The translations under genes and the position numbers were made by a program. A DNA stretch of 64,000 nucleotides from an uncultured Candidatus Saccharibacteria bacterium (GTDB lineage Bacteria > Patescibacteriota > Saccharimonadia > Saccharimonadales > Saccharimonadaceae). Positions 29,401 to 38,546 of the stretch are shown here, one piece after another. Numbering within the stretch: the stretch's first letter is position 1; every line of letters begins with the position of its first letter. The stretch lies in contig CAZRGZ010000004.1 of NCBI GenBank assembly GCA_964599775.1, positions 7,373 through 71,372 on the forward strand, given 5' to 3'. The notes under the pieces are model-generated. The model had not been told where the DNA came from and did not search any database. It saw nothing but the letters and a program-made list of their open reading frames with translations.

Positions 29401-30447
29401 TGTACGGATAGCCCCGCTATTGACCCAGATTGTCGTACGCGATTACCATTGCCCGATGTTAGTAGCGAGAAAACCCTTGTAAGCCCTGATAGCCCAGGCG
29501 CAGGCGATGTCGTGACATACAGGTTTACGGTGACAAACAATAGCGATGAACCTGCGCCGAGTATAGTGGTCGCCGATGATCTGACTGGTGTCTTGGACGA
29601 CGCAGCGTATAACAATGACGCTTCAGTGGATGTTGGCGCTGTAACGTATAATGCAGTGATGGGCCGTCTTAATTGGATAGGCGATTTGGCCGCCAACGGC
29701 CAACCAGGCGATACGGCGACAATTACCTATACAGTCACAGTGAACGATGCAACAAGCTTGGGTGACGGCATTCTGCAAAATGCGCTTATCTCTACCGACT
29801 GTCCGAATCCGCCAATATTTGATCCAGGCAACCCTAATTTTGACCCATCTTGTGCCACTGTCGATCCTGTCAGTGCATGGCTGGCGAGCAAAACCATCAT
29901 TCCTGGCAACTTTGAGCCAGGCGGTACCATTAACTATCGTGTCGATATAGAAAACGTCGGTGCTGCAGATCTCTCTGGCGTGTCCGTGACCGACAACCTC
30001 GTTGATGTGATTGATGACGCAACCTACAATAATGACGTCGCGGCGACAGCTGGCAGCGCTACCTTCACACCGCCTGAAAGCATTCACTGGAATGGCGACC
30101 TTGCAGCCGGTGCTTCTGCTACCATGACGTACTCATTCACCATTAACGATCCTGAAAACCAAAGCAACCATATGGTGATAAATACCATTACCGGTTCGCC
30201 AAATTGCCCAAGCCCAGCCATTACTGACCCTGAAGATCCGGGCTTTAACGCAGATTGCGTTACCTTTACGCCACTGCAATACGAGAACGATACCGATGAC
30301 CCAGGCGTTCCTGGTGGTCCGCTAGACGGTTTATTGAGTGAAACTGGCCGCAATATCCTCACGTATATTCTTATCGCTGGAGCACTTGTTACTACGGGGC
30401 TTGCTGTCATCTTTCGTAAGCGGCTCATCGCACTTGCCCGCCGATAA
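26440..30447 (+). CDS. Giant surface protein: FG-GAP/VCBS repeats, GEVED-type segment, DUF11-like repeats, LSETG sorting signal
   Basis: Repeated D-x-N/D-x-D-G-x-x-E-I/V motifs (DLDNDGQGEIV, DFNGDGNPEVYV, DMNNDGQLEIV, DIDNDGAPEIV, DFNNDGRQELV) and GGEVEDYQ. There are four repeats of the type TYxxTVxNTGxxxLxGxxxxDDLxxVxDDAxYNND. LSETG (30334-30348) is followed by a TM helix and a basic tail. Confidence 0.85.
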   Translation: MAGAAKRSCEFLIALFSRQRNSIVWWLSAISIGAILSMSLATNVRAADMPEISKEFVPGQVFEHGYTTVVFTITNDDTLTSWNWSFTDNLPSGVTVADPAAATIDCTNGDITAAPGSGTIQVSGDMEVGQADCTASVRVTSASAGAYENCEANFTDLVNIYAPADCAELTCEAYDGDLPDFFINCESAEAPEEFDFSIQESWSTDAITQAYQTPMVGDLYGTGEPVAVVAGNRNSSGNGGGISVFNRRAQDLHIIRTSDGTLLQTIETPFFAWSGHAVMAIADLDNDGQGEIVLKTWRGDANDPGVLIAYRNDGTVMWTSNERYDYGDSSGRGGASMGIADFNGDGNPEVYVGNQIFNGQTGTRLVAADTNASAGCPYRATYGCFWSQATAADMNNDGQLEIVAGDTIYEVNLTNLTGEAGNSLTVLQQADAGVDGVGDGYTAVADMNLDGFPDVIVSRTINAQGSATRLYVWDGQTGEVMGVLSGIGNGTGAPMIGDIDNDGAPEIVIQNGNLRAFDFDSVTGLSQKWSINTNDGSAQTSLAMFDFNNDGRQELVYRDETDLRIIDGSGATATNLATFPCISSTGNEMPVIADVDGSREARILVSCGVGNGHNNAALRAFEAAGDPWANTRPVWNQQAYFAAHVNNDLTIPSEQAPHWQAFEDPLQQCSDGVNRPMNSFQQQMTDLDPDTGCEVRCVPPLDYGDAPASYGTLRENDGARHLSPSYDQGSNTASLMLGQLVDTEREGFPGAAADGDDTDNINDEDGVADPIYFVAGSPTAVEVFVTNNTSQPATLAGWLDSNVNGTFEAGERAPLVTVPANTSDIYTVTFPAGTATTDTFARFRVFAGEVANPQPTGFVTGGEVEDYQALAGSVEFRKTVSPQDVTELVPGETFTYTITVENTGSAPLTGLSFTDDLSEVIDDATYQNDVTATIGTAVFNSPDEISWSGDLTPGQTATITYSVEVNSPLSGDGVMINGVVGNGPGSNCTDSPAIDPDCRTRLPLPDVSSEKTLVSPDSPGAGDVVTYRFTVTNNSDEPAPSIVVADDLTGVLDDAAYNNDASVDVGAVTYNAVMGRLNWIGDLAANGQPGDTATITYTVTVNDATSLGDGILQNALISTDCPNPPIFDPGNPNFDPSCATVDPVSAWLASKTIIPGNFEPGGTINYRVDIENVGAADLSGVSVTDNLVDVIDDATYNNDVAATAGSATFTPPESIHWNGDLAAGASATMTYSFTINDPENQSNHMVINTITGSPNCPSPAITDPEDPGFNADCVTFTPLQYENDTDDPGVPGGPLDGLLSETGRNILTYILIAGALVTTGLAVIFRKRLIALARR

Positions 30448-30474
30448 TCGTATCTTTGCAGAAATAGCAAAAAA

Positions 30475-31284
30475 ATGAATAAGTATGGTATACTGCAAGG
30501 CATGAAAGCAGTACGACAATTATCGAAGATTACCAAAGTGGCAGTTATCGTTCTCGCTGTAGTTGCCATACTTATTCCGCAGGATGCGTCCGCGGCAAGC
30601 AGCTCGCAAATTCGCTAAGCGCAACAGATTATGACAAAGTTCGGTCTTCCGGCTGGTCCCGTAGATGGCTTAATGGGGTCACAAACGCAGCGTGGACTTT
30701 GTGCTTTTCGTTACATTTCAGGCATGACCGTTACCCGCAGGTCCGCTCTGACTGTCAGCACCATGAATAAGCTGCGTGAGTACGACAAAAAGTATTCTTC
30801 GCTCAAACAAGTTCCTGACCGCAAAAGTTACAATGGCGAATACATGGTCGCACAAAAAACCTGTCAGGTGCTTTTTCACATAAACAAAGGTAAATTTAAT
30901 AAGGCAATGGCGATGTCTTCAGGCATAAAAACTCGTGCTGGCGGTATCGAAACGCCAAACAAGCCACGCAACGCTAACCGTAATTATTTTATACTCGGCA
31001 ATACACAGCGCGGCTGGCACTGCAGTAACCAATACCCAGAGTCCTGCCGCCATGAAACAGTCGGACGCTTCGCGAATGTGTCAAGCTATGGCAACATGTA
31101 TAACATGCGCTGGATGAACGACGGCGGGCTTTACGTTCACGGTTCAATGAGGGTTCCTACGAAGCCTGGCAGTGCTGGTTGTATACGCGTGACCGTAAAG
31201 GACTCTGACTGGATGTGGGATCATGTGGGCAATAATGGAGCGATTCGGCTTTATGTCGAAGGCGCATATAATTGGAACCATTAA
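30475..31284 (+). pseudogene. L,D-transpeptidase (PG-binding + YkuD domains) with an in-frame TAA after the signal peptide
   Basis: A 47-codon ORF (MNKYGILQGMKAVRQLSKITKVAVIVLAVVAILIPQDASAASSSQIR) ends at TAA 30616-30618. It is in the same frame as track ORF 30631..31284 (PG_binding-like GLPAGPVDGLMGSQTQRGLCAF; catalytic HGS...GSAGCIRV). Confidence 0.6.
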
Positions 31285-31323
31285 TCAAAAATGAGCGGGC
31301 GACCGCTCATTTTTCATAGTATG

Positions 31324-31821
31324 CTATTTACCGTGGCCCGTTCCACCACCACGATGGTTACTGCCGCTACCATTGCCATAGCCCCCGCCGCCAGAAACGA
31401 TCACTACCGTACTGTTATTGCCGCCGGAGTTATCGCCATCAAGACGCGTGATATCTATTTCTGCTTCGCGGGCATCTGGAGTTGTAGAACTGTTATTCTC
31501 TACTTCATATTCAATTTCATTCCGGGTGAAGGTTATTTCGCTGTTCGGAGATACCGTCAGCCCTGATGCGATCAGTGTTTCATTGTCGTTGGTAACTTTC
31601 AGCCCTTCCCCGTTTGTCGTCAGATGAAGCGTGCTACCTTCGCCAATTGTAGCTGTTACTCCATCGCCACAACCCGCTCGATGTGAGCCTGACATTTCAC
31701 AGCCAGTGAGAGCCACGCTTGCAAGAGCGAGGACGGCACCAGTTTTCTGCAGAGGGTTCAGTTTGTTCGGGTCAGAGGGTATTTCAGCAGATCTCGTAAT
31801 ATTATTATATACCATTTTCAT
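31324..31821 (-). CDS. Lipoprotein with Gly-rich C-terminus
   Basis: Lipobox LALASVALTGC and tail GGGGYGNGSGSNHRGGGTGHGK. The start is uncertain. Confidence 0.55.
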   Translation of the reverse strand: MKMVYNNITRSAEIPSDPNKLNPLQKTGAVLALASVALTGCEMSGSHRAGCGDGVTATIGEGSTLHLTTNGEGLKVTNDNETLIASGLTVSPNSEITFTRNEIEYEVENNSSTTPDAREAEIDITRLDGDNSGGNNSTVVIVSGGGGYGNGSGSNHRGGGTGHGK

Positions 31822-31893
31822 ATTAAAGTCAATGTATGTTGCTTCTTGCTGTATTTTTTGGGACAATAGGCATAAGCATAAACGGGGGAGGCA

Positions 31894-32814
31894 ATGTCAG
31901 AGCTTGGTGAAAGTGCTGTTATTACGGCGAAAGGATTGGTAAAGAGCTTCGGTGCCGTACGGGCGTTAGATGGTGTCGATCTATTGGTCAAAAAGGGCGA
32001 AGTACATGGTTTCCTGGGGCCAAATGGGGCTGGGAAATCCACTACCATTCGAATTTTACTGGGTTTGCTGCGTAAAACCGAGGGTGACATAGCATTATTC
32101 GGCGAAGACCCTTGGCATGAAGCAACCAGGCTACATAGACGCTTGGCTTATGTGCCCGGCGAAGTGAATTTTTGGCCTAACCTTTCGGGTGGTGAAGTGA
32201 TTGACCTATTAATATCACTGCGCGGGAATGGTATACACAAAGAACGCAGGGCACAATTGCTTGAACGGTTTTCGCTCGACCCCACTCGCAAATTCCACAC
32301 GTATTCTAAAGGTAATCGCCAAAAGGTAGCGCTGGTGGCCGGTTTAGCGGCTGATGTGGAGCTATATATACTCGACGAGCCGACCTCTGGGCTCGACCCA
32401 TTGATGGAAGCGGTATTTCAGGATGTGATTCGAGAGTTGAAAAAAGAGGGGAAAACCATTCTGCTTTCGAGCCATATTTTGGCTGAAGTAGAAGCCTTGT
32501 GCGATACCGTTACCATTATTCGAAAGGGTAAAACAGCACTAGATGGCACGCTCAGTGACCTCCGTAAACTGCACCATAATATTATGACTGTTGAAACTGC
32601 GCACAGCCTAGAGGGGCTTGAAAAGCTAAAAGGCGTGCATAGCGTGACACGAGAGAAAGAAAACGAAGTTCGTTTTGAAGTCGACGATAAGCATATACCA
32701 GAAATTCTGAGCTTTTTATCCAAGTACGATATCAAGCACCTGACGAGCCATCATCCCACTCTTGAAGATCTCTTTTTGCGGCAGTATGGCATGGCTGAAG
32801 AAGAGGAGGAGTAA
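31894..32814 (+). CDS. ABC transporter ATP-binding protein
   Basis: GPNGAGKSTT, YSKGNRQKVAL signature variant, LYILDEPTSGLD. Confidence 0.9.
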   Translation: MSELGESAVITAKGLVKSFGAVRALDGVDLLVKKGEVHGFLGPNGAGKSTTIRILLGLLRKTEGDIALFGEDPWHEATRLHRRLAYVPGEVNFWPNLSGGEVIDLLISLRGNGIHKERRAQLLERFSLDPTRKFHTYSKGNRQKVALVAGLAADVELYILDEPTSGLDPLMEAVFQDVIRELKKEGKTILLSSHILAEVEALCDTVTIIRKGKTALDGTLSDLRKLHHNIMTVETAHSLEGLEKLKGVHSVTREKENEVRFEVDDKHIPEILSFLSKYDIKHLTSHHPTLEDLFLRQYGMAEEEEE

Positions 32815-32816
32815 TA

Positions 32817-34445
32817 ATGGGGGCGTTTCAAGGCACATGGCGCCTGGTATTACTAGCACTGCGGCGTGACCGCATAAAGCTGACAATATGGATTTTAGCA
32901 ATTGCTGGCATTTTATTCGTTAGTATACCAGCGGTAGAGGAAACGTATAGCACTGAAGAACAGCGGACCGTCTATGCGACCACGATTTCTACAAGCATTG
33001 TTGGCCGTGCTTATGGTGGCGTGCCCGATGGCACTAGCCTCGGCTCGGTGGCAATGGTTGAAATGTTTACTTTTACTGCGGTACTAGTGGCCTTTATGAG
33101 TACACTGGCTGTTATTCGCCACACCCGCCAAAATGAAGAAATGGGTAGTGCCGAGCTGATTGGCTCGACCGCAGTGGGGCGCTGGGCGCAACTAGCGGCC
33201 GGGGTGATGGTGGCTACTGGTGCGAATATCCTGCTCGGTATTTTAGGCAGCCTTATTATGCTACAGTCCGGCGCGTTTTCGGCAGCAGCTTCGTGGTGTT
33301 TTGGCCTCTCATTGATGGCGGTAGGTATTGCCTTTACAGCAATTGCTGCTGTGGCTGCGCAGTTGACGACAACCAGCCGGGCAGCTAATGCCATCGCGGG
33401 TGGAAGTATTGGCGTCGCGTATCTTTTGCGGGCAATAGGCGATGCCTTTGGCGAAGTACATTTACAAAGCTTTAGTGTTACCAGCGCCTGGCCGTCATGG
33501 CTTTCGCCGATTGGCTGGGGGCAACAAATACACCCACTTACGCAGCAAAATTGGCAGGTATTTTGGGTGTTTGGCGGCTTTGTAATTGCTATGATAGTCC
33601 TAGCTTTTGTATTGCTGCGGGTACGCGATGAAGGTGCTGGACTATTGCCAGCCCGTGGCGGCCCAGCAACAGCGCCACGTGGTTTACGTCACCCACTTGG
33701 GCTGGCATGGCGGTTGCAACGGGGTGTGTTGTTAGGTTGGCTGATTTCGTTTGCACTTTTAGGGGTGATTTTTGGCGGTATGGCCAATGAGTTCCAATCA
33801 CTTATAGATAGCGTAGACCTCGCTCAGCAATATTTAATAACGCTTGGCGGCAGCGGCGATGTGCAGGACGCTTTTTTTGGCGCAATGTTTAGCGTTACCG
33901 CAATTGCGGCACTTGGCTATGCGGTGCAGGCACTTACCAAGCTACGCACTGAAGAAACCAGCGGGCGCATGGAGGCGGTGCTCGCAACTGCCGTACATCG
34001 GGTGCAGTGGTTATTCTCGCACGCCATTATTGTGCTGGTGGGAGTAGCTATGCTTTTGTTTGCGGTAGGTGCCAGCGCTGGTATTTCATACGTCGTATTT
34101 GCTGATGCCTCAACTTCCGAGGTGGCACGTTTGGCGGGTGCCGCTATCGTGCAATTGCCCGCTGTGTTTGTGATGTCAGCAGCAATTGTATTGTTGTTCG
34201 CCGCGTTGCCACGCTTTATGGTGGCTTTTGGTTGGGCTCTTTTTATCGCGGCCATGCTTATAAGCCAATTGGGCGCTTTGCTTAAGCTACCAGACTGGGT
34301 ACTAGATATCTCACCCTTTACGCACATGCCATCGGCGCCGTTAGAAGAGCCAACGCTTGCCGTGATTGCCTGGCCAGTGGGTATTGGTGTGGCTCTATTA
34401 ATCATCGCGAGTTTTATGTTCCGATACAGAAACATGACAACATAA
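32817..34445 (+). CDS. ABC-2 type exporter permease (12-TM, polyketide-exporter-like)
   Basis: Starts 3 nt after the ATPase gene. 542 aa, highly hydrophobic in two 6-helix halves. Confidence 0.7.
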   Translation: MGAFQGTWRLVLLALRRDRIKLTIWILAIAGILFVSIPAVEETYSTEEQRTVYATTISTSIVGRAYGGVPDGTSLGSVAMVEMFTFTAVLVAFMSTLAVIRHTRQNEEMGSAELIGSTAVGRWAQLAAGVMVATGANILLGILGSLIMLQSGAFSAAASWCFGLSLMAVGIAFTAIAAVAAQLTTTSRAANAIAGGSIGVAYLLRAIGDAFGEVHLQSFSVTSAWPSWLSPIGWGQQIHPLTQQNWQVFWVFGGFVIAMIVLAFVLLRVRDEGAGLLPARGGPATAPRGLRHPLGLAWRLQRGVLLGWLISFALLGVIFGGMANEFQSLIDSVDLAQQYLITLGGSGDVQDAFFGAMFSVTAIAALGYAVQALTKLRTEETSGRMEAVLATAVHRVQWLFSHAIIVLVGVAMLLFAVGASAGISYVVFADASTSEVARLAGAAIVQLPAVFVMSAAIVLLFAALPRFMVAFGWALFIAAMLISQLGALLKLPDWVLDISPFTHMPSAPLEEPTLAVIAWPVGIGVALLIIASFMFRYRNMTT

Positions 34446-34449
34446 TAAT

Positions 34450-35055
34450 ATGGATGAAATTGTATTACTCATCATTGTTGCGCGATTGATTGTCCCACTG
34501 TTTATTTTGCGTTTTCCGCTGATTGGTACACTGGCGAGTGCCGCCATCGATGTATACGATTATCATTTTATTGGCGGCAACGGCTGGTATCAGCATGTCG
34601 ATAAATTACTTGATGTTTACTATTTAAGTTTCGCCGCTTTCACGGTACTACGGTGGCATGATGTTATTGCAAAACGTATTGCCTTGTGGTCGTACGTGTA
34701 TAGAATTATTGGTGTTGCATTGGTGATTCTTACCGATCAACGGTGGCTATTGGTGTTGTTCCCTAACTTTTTTGAACCTTTCTTTATTTTCTATTTGGTA
34801 TTCGTGTATGTGAGTGGCACAAAACAAATGATTGTGTCGAAAGGAGTATTACTTCTTATTGCTGCCAGTCTTTTAATCCCCAAACTTATACAAGAATATG
34901 TGCTACATATTTACCAGCCCAACCCCGCTATGGTACCAGAATGGGTCACGCATATTGTCGCCACTTTTCAAGAAATGAAAGGGGCGGTGATACTGCTATA
35001 CCTATTGCCGCCAGCTGCCGCGCTCGCGTGGCTATGGTTGCGGCGGATTCGTTGA
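34450..35055 (+). CDS. Membrane protein, unknown function
   Basis: 201 aa with 5-6 helices. Starts 5 nt after the permease gene. Confidence 0.5.
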   Translation: MDEIVLLIIVARLIVPLFILRFPLIGTLASAAIDVYDYHFIGGNGWYQHVDKLLDVYYLSFAAFTVLRWHDVIAKRIALWSYVYRIIGVALVILTDQRWLLVLFPNFFEPFFIFYLVFVYVSGTKQMIVSKGVLLLIAASLLIPKLIQEYVLHIYQPNPAMVPEWVTHIVATFQEMKGAVILLYLLPPAAALAWLWLRRIR

Positions 35056-36072
35056 TTATTGTTTAAGCTGTAGGTTGCTTTTTGCCGATTCCATAATAGA
35101 AAACCCGACATCATATGGGCTCAACGGTTCGCCAACACCAAGAACTGCACCAATGAGGTTGATTTCTTTACCGTCAATTTTGTGCTTGGTAGTAAAAATG
35201 AGGGTTCGGCCGGCTTCGTCAGTGTCACCTGGCTTCAGGCCGGTGTACCCATGTTGCGTCACAAGCCGATTGAAATTTTCTATTACCGCAACGCCGGGCA
35301 GGTCAGTTTGGTGTAGGCCAGCTACTTCCATAAGTACAGGGGCATTTAGCGCGAGTTCGCCCAGTTTAATCAAATCTTCGGTGGTGCTGACGGTCTCGGG
35401 ACTGTAGCCACTGGCATCACCGCCAACGGTAGTATTACGAAGACCATATTTCTTCAGCATATTATTAGCGTATTTGTGGTATTCCTCCATCGAACCAAAA
35501 CCCCAAATGGCAGCCGTATCTGCTATATTGTTGGCGCTCGGTAGCATCATGGCCTCGATTGCGTGGCGTAGGCTCATACTTTCGCCAGCTGTCACTGGTA
35601 TAACTGAGCCATTTTTTGCGATATATTCCTGATACAGGGCTTCATCTGCTGGGGTGAAAGGGATATCGGGCCCGGCTTCACCGGGTTTAAGGTTGTGTTT
35701 TTCTATTAATGCCAGGCAGGTAATAACCTTCGCCACACTGGCAATGGGCCGTTTATTGGTATCGCCGGTTTGTGCTACCATACCTTGCCCATGGACCCCA
35801 ATAGCTGCCGCCGCCACATGTTCGGCCGGCCATTCTGGAGCTGTGGTGTATTCTGGGCCTTTTGCCTGAGCGTTTTGAAAAGGGAGGTGCAGATCGCTGC
35901 CAGTAGAGGGTGCGCCGAGCTGCTTGAGGCCAATGAAGGCACCCACCCCTACTACAAGAATTACAGCACCAACAACAATTGCCTTACGCCAAAAATGCGC
36001 ACGATAATGCGCCCGGCGATGATGTCGAAGCTGGAGGGTGTGGTGGGAACGTTTTCTCACGCTATCAATCAT
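35056..36072 (-). CDS. D-alanyl-D-alanine carboxypeptidase (S11, PBP5-like)
   Basis: N-terminal anchor, SxxK (IASVAKV), SxN (PSANN), KxG region (LKPGDT). Confidence 0.7.
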   Translation of the reverse strand: MIDSVRKRSHHTLQLRHHRRAHYRAHFWRKAIVVGAVILVVGVGAFIGLKQLGAPSTGSDLHLPFQNAQAKGPEYTTAPEWPAEHVAAAAIGVHGQGMVAQTGDTNKRPIASVAKVITCLALIEKHNLKPGEAGPDIPFTPADEALYQEYIAKNGSVIPVTAGESMSLRHAIEAMMLPSANNIADTAAIWGFGSMEEYHKYANNMLKKYGLRNTTVGGDASGYSPETVSTTEDLIKLGELALNAPVLMEVAGLHQTDLPGVAVIENFNRLVTQHGYTGLKPGDTDEAGRTLIFTTKHKIDGKEINLIGAVLGVGEPLSPYDVGFSIMESAKSNLQLKQ

Positions 36073-36150
36073 ACCATTTTTTGCGCTTTATTTGAATACA
36101 TTGTATAATGTATTTGAATCGTGTTGTCGATGAGAGGCAGGTGAGGCAAG

Positions 36151-36336
36151 GTGAAGGACAAGTTCAGGATGATCGCAATGATCATCGGAGCAATCATCGT
36201 TGGCTTGCTACTACTCGGAGAGAGTCAGGTGGCGGCTGACTTCGCCAACGGCGTCATGGGGTTCATCGCGGACTTCTTCGCTGCACTGAAGGAGTTTGCA
36301 GGTGCGCTCAACCCGCCTGACATGCCGAACGAATGA
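36151..36336 (+). CDS. High-GC islet B: small membrane protein
   Basis: 61 aa (possibly starting at the internal MIAMIIGAIIVGLLLL). GC-rich codons. Preceded by an AT-rich TGTATAATG -10-like element. Confidence 0.5.
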   Translation: MKDKFRMIAMIIGAIIVGLLLLGESQVAADFANGVMGFIADFFAALKEFAGALNPPDMPNE

Positions 36337-36348
36337 TGGAATGACGCT

Positions 36349-36385
36349 CGGTGGCAGGGTATCCGAGTGGGTGCCCTGCCGCCCG
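36349..36385 (+). terminator. GC-rich hairpin after islet B
   Basis: GGCAGGG...CCCTGCC stem with flanking CGG/CCG, followed by a T-run at about 36394. Confidence 0.6.
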
Positions 36386-36435
36386 GCAACACGATCTTTT
36401 TCTAGTTTCTGAAAACCAAGGTATAATTAATAATA

Positions 36436-37263
36436 ATGAAACTACTCAACGGTGCCGAACTCCGCGACTATATTAAAGAACGCCAAGCCAAACAAGTGCG
36501 TGGCCTGCGCCAGGCATGGCATGTTTTTCCCAAGCTTGCTATTATTCAGTGTAACGATACACCAGTAATAGACACTTACGTAAAATTAAAACAGCGCTAC
36601 GGTGCAGATATCTTGATTGATGTAGAAGTGTATAAAATCCCTCAAAGCGAAGCACTTGCGACTATACAGCGGCTCAACAAAGACGAGACCGTCCACGGTA
36701 TTATTGTGCAGCTCCCACTAGTAGACCCACCAGAACAGACAGAAGAGGTTTTAAATGCTGTCGCGCCACAGAAGGATGTCGACGCCCTGGGTGCAAATGC
36801 GACGCTCGACCCGGCTACTCCTATGGCCATTAACTGGCTACTCGCGGGGTATAATATCGACCTGGCAGGTAAAAAAATCGTCATTATAGGAAATGGCCGC
36901 CTGGTTGGCGCACCTTTGGCACGCATGTGGCAGAATTCTGGCTACGATGTGCAGGTGCTCACTCGTGCTGATGGCGACATTTCGCAAAAAGTTCTTGCGG
37001 CCGATGTAGTGGTGAGCGCAACCGGCACTGCTGGGCTCGTTACCGCCAGAATGCTCAAAATTGGTGCGGTAGTAGTAGATGCAGGCACGGCTTCGGAAGG
37101 CGGCGTCATAAAAGGCGATATTGCACCCGAGGTCTACGACACTCGCCACGACTTAAAAATCACTCCAGTAAAAGGTGGCGTTGGCCCGCTTACCGTAGCG
37201 GCACTATTCGATAATGTTATTCGCGCCGCGCGAGCCGTAGCTAATAAAAGTGAAAGAGAATAA
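36436..37263 (+). CDS. folD: Bifunctional methylenetetrahydrofolate dehydrogenase/cyclohydrolase
   Basis: GIIVQLPL, VIIGNGRLVGAPLARML, TPVKGGVGPLTVAALFDNV. Confidence 0.9.
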   Translation: MKLLNGAELRDYIKERQAKQVRGLRQAWHVFPKLAIIQCNDTPVIDTYVKLKQRYGADILIDVEVYKIPQSEALATIQRLNKDETVHGIIVQLPLVDPPEQTEEVLNAVAPQKDVDALGANATLDPATPMAINWLLAGYNIDLAGKKIVIIGNGRLVGAPLARMWQNSGYDVQVLTRADGDISQKVLAADVVVSATGTAGLVTARMLKIGAVVVDAGTASEGGVIKGDIAPEVYDTRHDLKITPVKGGVGPLTVAALFDNVIRAARAVANKSERE

Positions 37264-37426
37264 GGCAGTCTCCAACCTTCCTTGGCTTTTTTGACTGCTG
37301 AGGTAGTTTGCGAACAATAAGCGCGCTCTTTAGCGGAAAGAGAAAGGAGTTTTTACTTCTCGCTCGTTGACAACACGATGGACAACCAATTAGAGAAGGG
37401 GTGCTGTCGATGGCAAGCTCTACTTC

Positions 37427-37726
37427 GTGGCCAGTTCGTGCGATAGCGCGTCGTGCACCTCGGACTCGCCCGTGCGGCTTTACGCCGTGTCGATGGATGT
37501 CGGCATGGACTACCCGCGCGGTGCGCTGCAACCAACGCAAACGCCGACGCCAACGTGCCCCTCGCTCTTCTTGGTGGGAGTGCGAGGCTCGGGTGAGTCT
37601 GGCGATAGCGCCGGTGGCCTCGGTACTACCGTGGGCGATGTTCGTGACCGGCTCGCGCAGCAGTTCCCGCATATGAAGACGGCCGCGATCGACTACGCGG
37701 CTGTCGACATCGGGTACGGCAACTAG
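37427..37726 (+). pseudogene. High-GC islet C1: N-terminal fragment of a cutinase-like serine esterase
   Basis: CPSLFLVGVRGSGESGDSAGGLGTTVG...AAIDYAAV matches the start of actinobacterial cutinases (C-P-x-V-x-V-x-x-A-R-G-T/S-x-E). It stops before the GYSQG nucleophile and has no convincing signal peptide. Confidence 0.5.
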
Positions 37727-37796
37727 GGGCATACTCGTTTGCTATTACCGCATTATTATTATAAAATTCGTATGTCCCTAGCTGATAGGAGAAGCA

Positions 37797-38168
37797 ATGG
37801 CAACTGCCGAAGAAATACGCGAAGCAGTAGAGCTGGGAACGCGCCATCGGTTCGTCGAGCCTGACGGCATCATCGTTGCGTATGCGCGCCTCAACGATGG
37901 TGGCGTGCTCGCGTATGTCGGGGTCCCAAACTCTCATGAGCCCGTCGAGGGCCTAGAAGGAGCGAAGACAATGATGGCTGGCTACCGCCAGGTGGTCATC
38001 CTGAACCTCGACTCCTTGGCCGAACTCGAGCAGCCCGTGCTCGCAGAAGCAGTTCGCATAGACTGCAAAGGACCATGCAGTGCAGTGAGGGCGCACAAAA
38101 CACTACACGACTGTCTCTTCAATAGTGTTCGCGCCAAAACACTGCCCAAGCGGCGCCGCAGCTACTAG
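37797..38168 (+). CDS. High-GC islet C2: hypothetical protein
   Basis: 123 aa with G/C-ending codons. An AT-rich TTATAAAAT -10-like element and AGGAGAAGCA SD lie directly upstream. Confidence 0.55.
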   Translation: MATAEEIREAVELGTRHRFVEPDGIIVAYARLNDGGVLAYVGVPNSHEPVEGLEGAKTMMAGYRQVVILNLDSLAELEQPVLAEAVRIDCKGPCSAVRAHKTLHDCLFNSVRAKTLPKRRRSY

Positions 38169-38173
38169 TGGAT

Positions 38174-38207
38174 GTCCGGCCCTGCGGGTGTTTCCGTAGG
38201 GCCGGAC
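38174..38207 (+). terminator. GC-rich hairpin after islet C2
   Basis: GTCCGGCCCT-14 nt-AGGGCCGGAC, 10-bp perfect stem 6 nt after the stop. Confidence 0.7.
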
Positions 38208-38289
38208 GTGAGGTTTACCGAAGTACAAGCCTTGTGAGCGATTGCCTATTTGCTATACAATGCGTAAAAGAGAGCAGATAGGAGGTCAT

Positions 38290-38535
38290 ATGAGTGAAGT
38301 GTTAACCATTCCGTATGGAAAAAGTGAAGAAAACCCAACCGAGAATCGAGAATTTGAAGCGCTCCCTCCATTAAACCTGCAGGAAGTTGGAACGGCCGCA
38401 GTGAAACCACTCGTAGAAATAACAATGGGAAAGCCCAAAGAGAATGGTGATGAAAAAGACCGTCCATTAGGGGATAGAGAAGAAGATGTGGAACCTGATC
38501 CAAGTAAGGAAAGCCCTAACGGAGATAGGAAATAG
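38290..38535 (+). CDS. Small acidic protein, unknown function
   Basis: Start trimmed to MSEVLTIPYG, which has a GGAGG SD. Low-complexity E/K/P-rich. Confidence 0.4.
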   Translation: MSEVLTIPYGKSEENPTENREFEALPPLNLQEVGTAAVKPLVEITMGKPKENGDEKDRPLGDREEDVEPDPSKESPNGDRK

Positions 38536-38546
38536 CTACTAAACTA

